The translations under genes were made by a program, and so were the position numbers. Below are positions 40,051-54,120 of a stretch of DNA of 64,000 bases, piece after piece. The stretch's first letter is position 1; each line of letters starts with the position of its first letter. The notes below the pieces were generated by a model. That model was given only the letters and a program-made list of their open reading frames with translations, made no database searches and was not told the origin of the DNA. Origin of the DNA: Octopus vulgaris (taxonomy: Eukaryota); NCBI GenBank assembly GCA_951406725.2, contig OX597818.1, positions 26,536,001-26,600,000 of the forward strand, written 5' to 3'.

Positions 40051-41234
40051 AGTTATATTAATTAAACAGAAATGTATTTTTACAACAATTCTTGCTTATT
40101 ATCAGTATTATTATTTATATAAATAACATCAAAATCATAACAATTGAACATCATAAAAACAAACAGCCTAGCATAAGTCTGGCAACAAACCCCTCCAACT
40201 TTCTGATTATTTACTCTGTCATTCATTTCAAAGCTATGATAAAAAACCCAGTTGTCCTTTCTCTTTCTCTTACTCTTTCTCTTTCTTTAACTGTTTTTCC
40301 TTCTCTGTTGCTTTTACTGCATTTTTCTTTTCTTTCACCAGCTCTTTTGTTCTATTTCCTTGTGGGTATACAGGTACATACACATGTAAACATTTACACA
40401 CAACAATTTTCATCATTATTTTATATTATTTTGTTTGATATATTTCTTCTTGCTTTGTGATATAAAAATATATTTAGCTGGAAAATTTTTGAAATAATTC
40501 CAGTAGACACATTGATATTTTCTGTTTTTAATTTATGAATAATGCAGCTTGGGATTTGAAACGTGCAAAATAAATTTTATGTTTTTGTATTATTATTTCC
40601 TAGTAAAGATTATTTTGACATCAGTAGAAGATTCCAGGCTTTTAACTTGTTTTTTTTTTTTCCATTTTCTATTATTTTTATTCTATGTTTACCATATATC
40701 ATGCTGATAGAAGGTTTGACGATTCAAACTAAAAAGATCTTTAATGCATCATGTGTTTCGGAACCAAAATACACATTTTCAATACTAAATATCTCAACGT
40801 CCATTCTTCCATCCTTTCCATCAGTCAGAAAAAAACTGGCTCTTGTATATTTGTCAATAGAGTGGGATATATTACTATTTATATATTACAGTATTATAGA
40901 TCCATTTTAGTCAATTTTACCAATCGGTTTCACACATGAGTTATGGGAGTGTCTGAAACTACACTCATCAATGGCTCTCTGCTGCTGGATGTCAGGAAAT
41001 GTTATATCTAATTTGTAGTTGCTGGGAAAAAATGGAAGGAAAATACTACAGGGCAACATTCACAAGGAAATTCACCAACAGTTATACCCCTTATTCCCCT
41101 CTGAATTCTTTTCAACCAAAAATCAGTGCTATACTTTTCATACCAGACCTTCTAAGATACACTGTTTTAGGTTCTCCCTTAACTCTTATATGAAATTGTT
41201 TGGCAGAACTGGGTGAAATACTATATTGTGTGCA

Positions 41235-41279
<45 letters not shown>

Positions 41280-41286
41280 GATGGGG

Positions 41287-41665
41287 GATGGAAGCACTCC
41301 GTCGGTTACGACAACGAGGGTTCCGGTTGATCCGAATCAACGGAACAGCCTGCTCGTGAAATTAACGTGTAAGTGGCTGAGCACTCCACAGACACGTGTA
41401 CCCTTAATGTAGTTCTCGGGGATATTCAGCGTGACACAGAGAGTGACAAGGCCGGCCCTTTGAAATACAGGTACAACAGAAACAGGAAGTAAGAGTGAGA
41501 GAAAGTTGTGGTGAAAGAGTACAGCAGGGATCACCACCATCCCCTGCCGGAGCCTCGTGGAGCTTTAGGTGTTTTCGCTCAATAAACACTCACAACGCCC
41601 GGTCTGGGAATCGAAACCGTGATCCTATGACCGCGAGTCCGCTGCCCTAACCACTGGGCCATTGC
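41287..41665 (-). mobile_element. Young tRNA-derived SINE, family C, inserted in (TA)n
   Basis: Minus-strand head GCAATGGCCCAGTGGTTAGGGCAGCGGACTCGCGGTCATAGGATCACGGTTTCGATTCCC has a Pol III A box and B box. CpG-rich body, flanked by (TA)n on both sides. Confidence 0.9.
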
Positions 41666-41707
41666 ATATATATATATATACATATATATGTATATGTATA
41701 TATATAT

Positions 41708-42100
41708 GAGCAAAACGCCTCCCCCCTCCGTCCAATGGTCGGTGCTGAGTTGTCAAACATTTAAACCAAATTTTCTCAAAACAATTTGTCTGACCGTCCC
41801 ATTTTGTGGCATTATTTCAAGCCAGCCGGCTTTTTTTGCGCAAACTGCATGTGCATTTTTTCTTGTGTACACATATTATTGATCACAACAGCTGATGTAC
41901 TTGTGCATACAAATGCACGTTCTCACGGCTTTATCGAACGCATTCTCACCTAGGATCGATTTTTGTAATTTATTTTCAAGACTTATACACGCCTTGATAC
42001 CATCGGTATCTACATATCAAATTTGAGCGCAATCGGATGGAGAATGCCTGAGATCCTAGAAGACACACGCACACACACAGACAGAACAGATTTTATATAA
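41708..42100 (-). mobile_element. Helitron-like non-autonomous element (5' part)
   Basis: CpG-rich block ending CACACAGACAGAACAGATTTTATATA, similar in layout to the Helitron 5' ends at 28500 and 35738. No CTAG end seen. Confidence 0.5.
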
Positions 42101-42141
<41 letters not shown>

Positions 42142-42142
42142 T

Positions 42143-42535
42143 TCATCATCATCGTTGTCATCATCATTTAATGTCCATTTTCCAATTGTCTGTTGTGGCA
42201 TGGTTTCTAGAACTGGATGCCTAATGCCAACCACTTTATAGAGTGTGCTAGTACTTTTTATGTGCGACAGGCACAGGTGCACTTATGCAGCACCAGCACA
42301 AGTGCATTTTATGTGACAGCACCACCTGTAAAGGACAAGCCTGTATGGATGACAATGATTTTACTTAGCTTGTTACATCGTTTCAAGTACAGCAAATCGC
42401 CACACCTCCCGGTCCTTTGTCATTTTCTCATTGAGGCCCAGTGTCCAAAGATCCTTTCTCATTACTTCATCCTGCATCTTCCTGGGTCTACCCCTTCTAC
42501 AGGTTCCCTCCACAATTAGAGCTCGGCACTTCTCT
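42143..42535 (-). mobile_element. RTE-type 3' fragment
   Basis: (CAT)n, TTTAATGTCCATTTTCCA...GGATGCCTAATGCCAACC...CTTCCTGGGTCTACCCCTT. Confidence 0.8.
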
Positions 42536-45343
42536 ATTTACTTGTATGTATGTATGTATGTATGTATGTATGTATGTATGTGTGTGTGCATGAGTGTGTG
42601 TATGCATGCATGCCGAGAGAGAGAGAGACAGACAGACAGACATTGGTTGTTTCTTTTCTTTGTAAAAAGGAGTGAAATACCTGGCTAGGAATCTATTTTA
42701 TTTTTACTTTGTTAAGGAAATTAAATGACATAAAACATTATTTAATACTTCTATATTTAATTTAATTTTTTGTTTTTTTTTCTTCTCTCATTTTAGTTCC
42801 AGTATCTTTAATATTCAAAACTGCTATTTTTATCTTGGTTGAATGTCTTCAATATGGAGTCATTAAGGCTCTGTTAATTACATTACTTATTTTACAAAAA
42901 AAAACAACTTTTTAAATTGGGAAAGGAAAGTGATAGTTGATTGTTGTCAGTAAAGAATATTTGGTGGAAGTATTTGACTGAGAGGAAGTTATTTTTATTC
43001 ATACCCCATGAGTTGTGTAGAAAGTGGTAAATTTAAATTGACATACAAATGCATTGCTTCATTGAAACTCTTCCTTGCTCCTGTTAACCGTAGTTATTTA
43101 GTAAGCCATCTGTCAGTTATGCTGTTCTAAGGAGTAGATATTTAAATACTAGCTATTATGTGGATGCTGTTTGTTCTTCTACATGATTCTTCACTATACA
43201 AGACTGGACACCAGATTGTCCGACATATCTGTTCACAGTCATTGCTAAACAAGTTCACAGTACTTTGGTTAGAACATGAGTAATGTTGTAACATCACTTT
43301 TCATTAATTCTTTCTTTTCTTTGCAAGGGAAAGAAATGTTAGGAACCTGATGCATTTTTTCATAAGTGAAGAAAAAATGAAGTTATATAATATTAATGAA
43401 TTTATCTAATTTGACACTTAAGTCTTTAATATTCTGTGAAAGCATGTGGCTTAGTGGCTCCAGTATTCAGCTCATGATCGTAAAGTTGTGAGTTTGATTC
43501 CTGGTGATGCAATGTGTCCTTGAGCGAGATGCTTCATTTCAGGTTACTCAACTGGAAAAGAGTGTGTTCTTCCTCTCAACTTGTTCGGATACTAGACATC
43601 GAGATGAAGAAAGTGATATACTAACCTCGAAAATGGTCAGGGTGGTGCTTATGACACACTGTTACTAAATGCTTCATTTATATTACAAAAGAAAACATTT
43701 TGGAAAAGAGAGTAGTTAAAGGGGCTTGTCTTGTGAATTACTTAGTTGTCTTACTTGTGTCATTGCCATGAGAAAAGTGCTTAGTACACTCTGTAGAGTG
43801 AAAGGCATCCAGTTGAAGAAATCATGCCAAAGCAAACTTTGAGGCTCAATGCAGCTTCCTGCCAGCATAGAGGATGAACATTAAATGATGACATTAGCAT
43901 CATCATTTAATGAACTGAAGGACTACGTTGAGTTTCAATGTCTGTGTTGAAATAGTTTCAACATCTGGATATCCTTCCTAATAACAACCATTTTACTGAC
44001 TGTACTGGTTGCTTTTTTTCATGACACCAACACTAGTGGGGTCACCAAGTAACTTGCAAAACAAGAAGGACCCTTCAACTGAATGGGGTTGTAGTAGAAG
44101 GGGAAAGGGCTTATGCCAGGTGTTATGCTAAAGTATGATAGAAGAACAGGCATAGGTGTCTTGCTATGGAGAAGACACATGGTTACCTTGTATTATGTAA
44201 GGGTGGGTGAGACTAGTTGGAAAGAAGACAAAAATACTGATTTGCAAGGTATCAGAGTGCACTCTCAAGATACAAACATGTGATTATAAGAGAATATATA
44301 GACAAAGAATTGGAAAGTTTCTCTTGGAGTAAGAGGAGAGTGACAGATGGTTAGAGATGGGTGAGGAGGTGTAGTCAATGGTAAATATCATTATGGGGGA
44401 AATGAAAGAATAGAAGTGGCTCAGAAAGGAAGAGGTGATAAATGGCAATACAAGGAAGGAGGAGAACAGCAGTACAACACACCTGTAGGTAGATCAGAAA
44501 ATATGTAGATAATGTCCAGAATAAGCAAGGAGAGCAAGAGAGGTGTACAGTGACTGAGATGAATGTCAGAGATACATATGGATGACTATAGTGAATGGGA
44601 GACAAAGTTGGGATAAGTCATCAATGACAGATATGACAAGAATGACAATGGTTAAAGATAATGTAACAGCAGTCCTATGATGTATCTCAAGATAACAGGA
44701 AGCACAGAAAGGAGAGATTGGTGAAAACTAAAATAGCAAGGGATGATATTGTGAATGAGGGATATATTTTACAAGGAGGTGGTTTTCAGGAGAGTGGGAG
44801 AGAACTGGTAGCACAAAGGGGTATGAAGCATGTGCCTATTCTGCTTTCAGATTACTGTAGATGCTGAATAGTGCTGTGGTTAGAAGAATGATGGAGGGAG
44901 GGATATTAAGAAGATAAGAGGTATGGCAGGTTTGGTGGGGTCAGATAATGGGCAAGGGCCAGTGAGTATGTAGACAAATATAATGCTTTTAGGATCTCAC
45001 TTTTGTTGTGAGGAACAAGTCTTCTCAAGCACAGTGAATCATCAATCATTTCAGTCCTTTGTCGTCTCCTCTGAGTTTCATCATCTTGAGATTGGTCTAC
45101 ACTTCTTTGTCCTATATCTTCCTGGGTCTCCCTCTTCACAAGTTGTGTCCACATTCTTGACGAGACAATAACTGCTAAACCCTAAGCTGCAAGATATTAA
45201 CTTGGCCATCTGAAAGTCTTCAGCCAAAGATGTCTGTTTAATATATTTTCATTTAGCTCCTGGGTGATATGATGGGTTATGGCTTGCAACATATTTTTTG
45301 CATTCATATTCATATTCATTATCTATTGGCTAAGAGAGAAGTG

Positions 45344-45345
<2 letters not shown>

Positions 45346-45413
<68 letters not shown>
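45346..45413. repeat. (GA)n microsatellite
   Basis: Directly visible. Confidence 0.98.
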
Positions 45414-45415
<2 letters not shown>

Positions 45416-47304
45416 TGAAACCGTTTAGAGCCAAGTATAATTCTCTGCTTCAAGTAGCTTTCACAAAGGATTATCATCGACTGTAGGTGACTGGTGATGA
45501 ATAGGATTATCACTAATAATATAAGCAAGTAGTGAATCTGCAAAATCTTTTGGTTTGGTTACTATGGAAGTGAAGAACCTGTGTATGAAATCAATTTTAT
45601 TCTTCCTATTTTGCTAGCTTTGAGGTCTCTCAGGAATATGGTTGAGTGAGAGGTTAAAATATCTGGTTTTCTATTCTTATATTTTGTTGTTTGCTTCTCC
45701 ACTTAATAGAATAATTTCTGTTGCTTGTTCGCTCTCTCCCCCCCCTGTCTCTTTCTATATATAAAAAATCACTTATTCTCTGGCTGTCCTTTTGTCTTGC
45801 TTCCACCTCTCCTCCTCATTAATTGAGTCATTATTGTTTTCTTGATTGATAAAATAAATATCAGTGAAATATATTTAATAACAGTAGAATCAATTGACTT
45901 AAAAGAAATCACTACTGTTTATAGACTTGTATTTTCCCACTCTTCTCATTTTTACAATTTTTCTATAAACCATTTTCCCTTCAGTGTCATCATTCCTTTC
46001 CCATTCTCTTAGAATCTAATCATTAACATTTTCTCCTTCCTTTTGTTTTTTTCCTATAAACTATAGTTTATATATTCATCTTTTAATTATCTATCTTGAA
46101 TATGAGTCACTTTAAGCAAAAGTTAAGTTTCTAGTATGCTGAGCCTGCAATCAAGTTTTGATTCTCAGAATGAGTCAATTCGCTTCATTTTAGCTCTTTA
46201 GAAATGCATGAACATCACACAATTCTTCCCTGTTATTTATGAATTTGTGCTCTGAAAAATAAGTAGGAAAATGTCAATATTCATATGCTTATTCACCCTT
46301 CCATTTCTTATTTTCCTCTCTCTGGCTTTCTTCAGTTTTCAGTCTGTTTTCTGCTTGGTCTCTCTCATGCACACTCACTGATTCTCCTTACACACAATAC
46401 ATGAGTTTCTCTGTGGTCATTCTCTTTGCAAGAAATAGCAACCAAATCTCTTGAATCACACCCTACTGTCTTATAAAGAGAAGAGTCATTGAATAATGTA
46501 GTCTTTTGTCTGAAAAGGAAAAGACAAGAAGACCATGGTTGGAATGTTTTGATTTTTAGGTTTACTCAGTCAAGCTGAACTAGGAATGATAAACAACATC
46601 ATATACTAGCTGGTCCCATGCTGTCTAAAATGCTGGCTAATTGTAGCATTTTATATATAAAAAGGGTACACAAAAGTGGAAAAAAAATCAAACAGTGCTT
46701 TAACTGTGAGTGTGTGTGTGTGTGTGTGTGTATACATTTATATGTAAGAGTAGCACAGTCTGTAGCGAATGCAGTTTTCTATACTTTGTCACAGCCCGCT
46801 TCTTCCCTTTCTAAGTGCGTTTGTCTATATATATATATGTATGTGTAAATGCATGTGTGTCTATAATTCTATTTTCTATGTATCTTTTTAAATAAACATA
46901 CACAAACACATATACACTCAATTATATAAATATATTTTACACTAACACACACATACACACACACACAAACATTCACATTCTTCCTTTTTACATGCACACA
47001 CATATACTCACACAGAGTTGAAGAGTTGAAGCACTGTTTGATTTTTGTTTCACCATTGACTTTTCACCATCCCACTTCCATTAGTGGATCACCCCTTCTT
47101 TTCTCATTCATATGTTGTGACGGAGAAATACACAAGAGTATTATTATAGTAGAAGATACACGATGCTCTCTTTGCCACTTCCTCTCTCTCATTGCTATTA
47201 CTTTCTCTCACTCCCTCTCAATCATGGCTTTTACTCCCACTACTTCTCCTTCACTGAATTACTATTTTTTTCTCCTCTCCCTTTCACCCCTACTGCATAA
47301 TTTT

Positions 47305-47361
<57 letters not shown>

Positions 47362-48252
47362 CAAATATATAAAAACACTATGCTCAATATTATATTAGGA
47401 GATCGCTTCGGAAATTTTGAAACTCTGCACTCTCACTTTTTCTTCAATATTATCTTCTTCTTTGAAATTAACATCTATTTTGGAGTCCTTAAAATTATCC
47501 AAATGAAAGACACTATGCCTCTTCAGATGGTCTTTAAAAAAGGACATAGTAACCAGAGGCTGCTTAATTGTGCTTTTGCTTGAAAATCACCTGAATATGA
47601 TTTGTTAGCAGACTGTCATGAACAACAATGGTAAATTTAATATAGTAAAGAATGTCAGTTACATTTTTTGTCCTTGTAAATCTTCAAGTAAAACTGACAT
47701 GATATAATTACATGTATGATTATCTTGATTATCTCTGCCTTATGTCTTTTAATGTTGACAGTGTAACTACTTCATACTTGACATCAGATGTTTATCTGGT
47801 TTTCTAACACCTTTACTTTTCTACTCTAATCCAAGGTCACCTTATGTCACTTGAGAATAGATTGGAAAAAATGTAATAAAGAAGAATGCTTCATATATTC
47901 TTTACTTGGTCATGTTGTGAAGGAGCTAGAGAGATGGTGGAGGTGAAAGACAGCAATTCTCTTTCAGAAAATTAAGGAAGATGTGAATAGCTTATTCATT
48001 ATTGCTTGACATAAATAAACTTATTCACTGCTCATTGAATGATTTAAACGAACTACAGGTGGATATATTTTGTTTGTTTCTTCTCTTTTTTAGTGGTATG
48101 TCATTGTTGTAGTTTTCTTCTGATATTTCATATGCTAAACACTGTTTAGAAAAATAAGTACTTTGTTGTAGTGGTCACTATAGCCATTAAGACACATACA
48201 CATTGTTATCACTACTTTTAATTTATTAGTATTTGATACTTATTAACAAATA

Positions 48253-48882
48253 CAGTCAGACCTTGGTTATCCTAATATCAGTTGTTCAAATTTTGGATAA
48301 TCTGAACAAGATTTCAAGATTTTAGGAATATTTAATCTGCTATACTGCATGTAATCTGAACTCAAGAATAATACTGATGTTACTAGCTTGTCTTTTGCTG
48401 TAAAACTGAATTCATATTACTGAAGATCATGTAAAACTGTTTAAAGACGTGTTAATACTTGTGTGACAATTAGATATTTAGTTTACAGTTATTACAAGTA
48501 CCACATGTTGATCAGACGACTCATTTGACCTCAGTCAACCACTATAAACAGTGTTCATACAGAAGGATTTAAAAGAATAGAAAATCAGTGATGTCTTCAT
48601 CACTCTACAACTTTGTTTTGAATACATATCCGTTATAAGTAATCAAATATCTTGCTGTTACTATGCAAAAGAAGTGAAATTTTACAGTCTGGATCACAAT
48701 TAAAAGGCATCAAAGATTGCACACGAGTACAGCATTTTATTGATTGGATGATATAAAAACTGTGTAAACATGCTTTTCTTTATGTAATTATATTTAGTAT
48801 GGCTTCTATTGTTTATGATCAGATCAGTTATCTAAACACAATACACCTCACTCATCCCATTTAGATAATCGAAGTCTAACTG
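48253..48882. mobile_element. pogo/Tigger-type MITE, decayed
   Basis: TA|CAGTCAGACCTTGGTTATCC ... AGATAATCGAAGTCTAACTG|CA: imperfect TIRs starting CAGT, with a TA target at the left end. Confidence 0.7.
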
Positions 48883-50154
48883 CATTACTATTACAAAATA
48901 ATAATAAAATGAAAATGAATACAAGTATATGTTTTAAATGGCTACAATGATTTTACCACAATGCAATTAGTATAGTCCTAGCACACCAATTCAGATCAAC
49001 TCACTTGTCAAACAAGTAGAACTCTATTTGTCTTTGTCTTCCACTGCATAACCAAATACAACTATTCACAAAGATATTTGCAAATAAAAAAAAAATGCTA
49101 TCAAATGAATATATTATCAAGAGGGGTACATGGCTCTAGTGTTAGGGATCTTTTGGTGTATTGTGAAACTGACCTTGACATGTACTGCTGCTGGCCAAAA
49201 GCAAGCTAGATTATGTTCAGTGTCTTCTGTAAAGATTAAAAGAAATGGTAGTTTGTAAATTACCTTGATATAACATTTGTTGGTTATACGATCAGTCTAG
49301 AGCTATCAGACTTTTCTGACTAGCTAATTTCCTCAGTTTCTGTAGCAAATGGAAGATTTGTCCATGGGATAAGACACAGGTCTATCACAGATATCTATTC
49401 TTCACAGAAACATGTTGAATTAAGTGAGTTTTTTTTTCAGACAATGCCTTCTATAGATATGAATTTATTTACAAAAGTGTTTGTTCAATACTTTATTCAC
49501 TCAGCCATTTCACCTCTGCCACTTGGTCTTTGTTTTGTTTTTTTTTTGTTTTTTTGTGATGGTTTAAATACATCTACAAATAAAATGAAATATAATTAGC
49601 TAGAAAAAGATATTGATTTAGGCTCTCAAAATCTAATTGTATCATTGAACCATACTAGCAAATAATGGTTTCTTACTTTAACAAAAAGCCTCAAATTTGT
49701 AGATGATAGTCATAGTTGACCATGATAGGATTTCAATTTGGAACATATAGAATTAGATACTGTAAAGCATTTTGTCTTGCTCTTTACTGTCGCTATCATT
49801 CCAGACTAATAGTAATCCATTAACGGGAAGAGACAGCATTACATTTTTCTATATAAGAAATATGTAGATAATTGTTTTGTGAGTTTTCATGTATCTAATT
49901 AGAGTTATGAGTTAAGAATGAAAAATAATAAATCCTAATACTTTGCATAAAAGATATACTGAGAGAAAGAATGGAAAACACGAAGAAAGAATTGAGTAAC
50001 AGGAAGGAAGAGAAAAAGTGCTTCACTGAATGTTATTCTTTGAGTAATTGTTAGATATCTGTGTGAAGCTACTTTTGAATATAATTCAATCTTGACAGTC
50101 TAAGTCTGTTGCCTCTCTCTCTCTCCCTGTCACACACACACACACACACACATG

Positions 50155-50191
<37 letters not shown>

Positions 50192-50720
50192 TTGCACACA
50201 TATACAGATATATACATGTATACACAATAACAGATGTGTTTTGGAAAACACTGGTAGACAATTTAATAAACACATTTCATATTTCATTTCACAAAATCTG
50301 TTGTCAAACATCATCCACAAGTTTTCTGCTGCTATTCTTGTCCACTCTATTTAAAATATAGAACTAAATCAATCCAACAAGGGAGCAGAGTAGACAGTAA
50401 ATTTCTTGAAGAACCTAAGTCCATTATTCTATTCTTTTGTGTGTTCCCTGAAGCATGTTTCTTAGCTATGATATTATCTCCAAAGAAAGCATGAATGTCA
50501 CAAAACATTTTGTGAATCTGAAGTTTTTATGCTTTTTGTCAAGGATATCAGTAATGTAAAGAAAATTTATGGGCTTCAATTCAAATTCTAGCTATGCCAA
50601 TTTTTCACCCCCACTTGTCAATCAAATAACTACAAACCTCTGAGGGATACTTATGCAGTGCTTGATCTGCTAGAGATAGAAGCCAAATGTCACTCAAATT
50701 ACACCCTTAATGTGTCTTAA

Positions 50721-50923
50721 CCCTTTAGCATTCAGATTTACTCTGTCAAATTTAATACTTATTCATATTGTTTTGAATTAATCATGCAATATCATAGCTT
50801 TGAGATTTCAATGATTTGATTGTATATCTTTAGAATGACATTGTAGGGTATGTGCAAGAGGCCAGATCTTGACAGTTTGGACATAAAACAAGTAGAATAT
50901 TTGAGCCAGATAAGTGTTAAGAG
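50721..50923. mobile_element. piggyBac-type MITE, decayed
   Basis: TTAA|CCCTTTAGCA ... TGTTAAGAG|TTAA. TTAA on both flanks and imperfect short TIRs. Confidence 0.6.
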
Positions 50924-51157
50924 TTAAGTGATATTATTTAGTTTAAAATTCATGATCTCATTAGAAGATGATAGTTATTAACCTGTTCTTGTTACTTAGG
51001 TCCACACTAACTGAGTAGACCTATGATCTCAGACATTCCAGTTTTGACCACCCAGTCTTTTTTTTTTTTCTTAATATAGCACATCTAGGACTACACTATG
51101 AAATATATATTAGCAACAAAGGCAGTATTATTAATACCAAGAGGTAATACTTATCTC

Positions 51158-51321
51158 CACTTAAACATGGATGTTCTATTAGAACAAAGTTTGCTGCAGT
51201 AGTTAATCTCCCCTAGTCATATAAACAAGAGTGCATTTTGCATCAAAAAGCCAATATGAGAGTTTCTCTCATGGTAACTACTGCAGTATAGCTTGTTCTA
51301 GTAGAACATCCATGTTAAGTG
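51158..51321. mobile_element. Fold-back element/MITE with ~47-bp imperfect inverted repeats
   Basis: CACTTAAACATGGATGTTCTATTAGAACAAAGTTTGCTGCAGTAGTTA versus TAACTACTGCAGTATAGCTTGTTCTAGTAGAACATCCATGTTAAGTG. Lies inside a family-D repeat. Confidence 0.75.
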
Positions 51322-52496
51322 ATGTAGTTTGAAAGAGATTTGGTTGTTATTTCTAGCAGGTTGAACAGTCATATAGATGCACCTTCCTTGGCTTGTTGTT
51401 GTTGTTGTTGGTGGTGGTGGTAATTCTTGATGCTGTTAACCATAACTTTTATTTGCCTTTACTGATAACTATATCCTAAACTCTATTCTATCATTGCCAA
51501 ATGAAAAAAAAAATAAATGAACCAATAAAAGGAGATAAAAGTTCAAATGTGACAAATACTGATGGACCAGAATTATATCTAGCTACATATGGACCTAATT
51601 ATTCTTCTATTTGTGGCTGAGTACTTTTCCTTCTCATGGCTTACTGCTTCATTTAGTTTCATGTTCTTATAGTTCAGTCTCTTTATCTTGGTTGGACTGA
51701 ACTAACACCATACAGAACTACTGAAGAGTCCTCACTTGAAACTCCCTCACTTCTCTCAGAGATAATTATCACAGTTGTTCTGCATACTGTTTGTCCTTCT
51801 CTGTCTCTGTCTCTGAGAGGTAGAGAGAAATAACATGGCAAAGAAATTGGGTTTAAAAACTATAAGCATCTTCAATTTTTTTCTTTATTTTGATGGTTTC
51901 TCGACCTTTTAACCAAGTCCAAAAATCTGTATTCTATAGATCACTTGTTTATATTATGTTATTCTGCCATCAACCCAATTACAAAGGCTGTGTTTATCTA
52001 AAAGTTAAAAAAAAAACAAAAAAAAAAAACTACTTCCTCTAAACTATGCATTCTTGCACACACACACATGCATGTGCCTTCCTGAAATTCTTGGAGACGT
52101 TTTAAAATTTTACAAATATTTTCAAGCTTCCAAAAATAGAAATTTTTTGACCCGTTTACGTAAAATGAAAATAAATGATATAATTTAAACCTACTCTGTT
52201 TTTCAAAACTATCTTGTATCAGTTTAGATCTTGTGTGATTATAGTCAAGTTATTTAACCTATATTTCCATTTCAGCCTCTTTAGATTCTAACACAAAACC
52301 CCAACAAAATAATAAACACAAGCTACATGTGTGTGTGTGTGTGCATGTCTCTGTGTGTGTGTGAGTGTGCATGCATGTCTGTGTGTGTGTGTATGTATTC
52401 CATGTAGCCCGCTTTAACACATTTAACATCAACCTGCTTGAGACCGTTTCTGACATTTCTTTCTGTTTTTTTTTCCTTTCTCATCATTCAGTCAGG

Positions 52497-54120
52497 TTTG
52501 ACAAGTCTGATGAATGGCACACTATCATTCTGTATGATTTTTGTGTTATCTTATCTGTGAAGCACAGTATCATTGGGATTTTCTTTGGTCTTCCACTTCA
52601 ACAGGTACTTCCACTATCAGAATACAGCACTTCTCCATCTCCAGAAAATGTTGTTCAAATACCTTATGTGCCCATTTCCACCAAAGCTGCTCATATGCAT
52701 GCAGCAACTAATATGTCTAAAAGCTTTCTTCTTTCCTCTCTTACAGTCAATTTTTCTGCTGCACATCTGTATTTTAATTCAACTTAGCATGGCTGTGTGA
52801 TAAGAAGCTTGCTTCCTAACCACATAGTTCTAGGTTCAGTCCTACTGCATGGCACCTTGAGCGAGTGTTTTCTACTATATCCTCAGGCCAACCAATACCT
52901 TGTGAATGGATTTGGTAGATGGAAACTGAAAGAAGCCCATTGTGTATGTATATGCATGTGTGTTTGTATATGCATGTGTGTTTGTGTCTGTTTATGTCCT
53001 TCACTGCTGCTTGACAACCAGTGTTGGTGTGTTTACGTCCCCGTAACTTAATGGTTTGGCAAATAGATCAATAGAATAAGTACCAGGTTTTCAAAAAAAC
53101 AAAGTGCTGGAGTCAGTTCATTTGACTAAAAATTCTTCAAGGTGGTACCCCAGCATGGCCATGCAGTCTAATGACTGAAACAAGTAAAAGATAAATGATC
53201 AGGCCTCCCCCTCTTAAGTTGTACTTGTTTGGTAAGCAATTTTTTGTGAGTCTGTGTGTGAATTATACCAATTGCTGAGACACTAGCCATTTTAAAAATA
53301 TATACATGTATTGAATTCCATTTTGTTATTATTTTTTAATATCATATATATTTTGTAATGACTGTAAGAGTACTAATTTGGTCTACACACACATAGTTTT
53401 CATTGATGCTAACAGTGATCACATACTAAGTCACAGAATTAAAATTTTATTTATATTTAGTAAAATTCCTTCTCTGCCACCTTCATAAGATGTGTAACAT
53501 TTGTTGTCATATCTGCAATCTGTATTTGTAGAAATTAAATATTTGTGTTGGTAGTAATTATATTTCACTACTAAATCAATGTCCTTCCTTTCAAATTCAC
53601 AATATTATGTATTCAGAAAAGAACACTTAATCTACATATGTAAACCCACTTGTTTGCCAGGAATAGATATTAGATCATCTAAAATATCACCTGGGATAAA
53701 CTGGTATTCTATCCAAGAATATTTTGGCTGTCTGTATCTTATTCACTGAATACTAAGAAGTTGGAATTAAACAAGAATTTAAGAAAAGTCCCAGTTGTGG
53801 ATAATGTTAAGTTAACTTATTCACATTGAGATGATATTGGTTATGTTTATAGTAATTACCATATGATACACTACCTTTTGTTGATATGCTGACTCACAAT
53901 AAAATATTGATGTACAACAGTAAATTGATTGTGAGAGATGAAAAAAGTAGGCAAAAGGCATTAGAAATATTAATTGCTACAGCTTTGGTAGAATGGGCAT
54001 ACAAAGTATTTGGACAACACTTTCTGGAGATGGGGAAACTCCAATGATACTGTGCTTCACAGATAAGATGACACAAAATCATACAGAATGAACTGTGTGC
54101 CATTCATCAGACTTGTCAAA
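52497..54120. repeat. Long inverted repeat pair (arms ~52497-52776 and ~53900-54120)
   Basis: Perfect complementary blocks 52497-52522/54095-54120 (26 bp) and 52548-52576/54041-54069 (29 bp). Looser matches continue inward. Confidence 0.9.
52787..53195 (+). mobile_element. SINE family A, near full length
   Basis: Colinear with the 62079-62470 copy. Confidence 0.93.

Noticed and set aside
41596-41665. tRNA gene
   Set aside because: A and B boxes are present, but there is no acceptor stem or oligo-T terminator. It continues into a SINE body.
42755-42850. Strong acceptor-like tract ending TTTTAG at 42796
   Set aside because: No convincing donor or recognisable coding sequence follows. T-tracts are frequent here.
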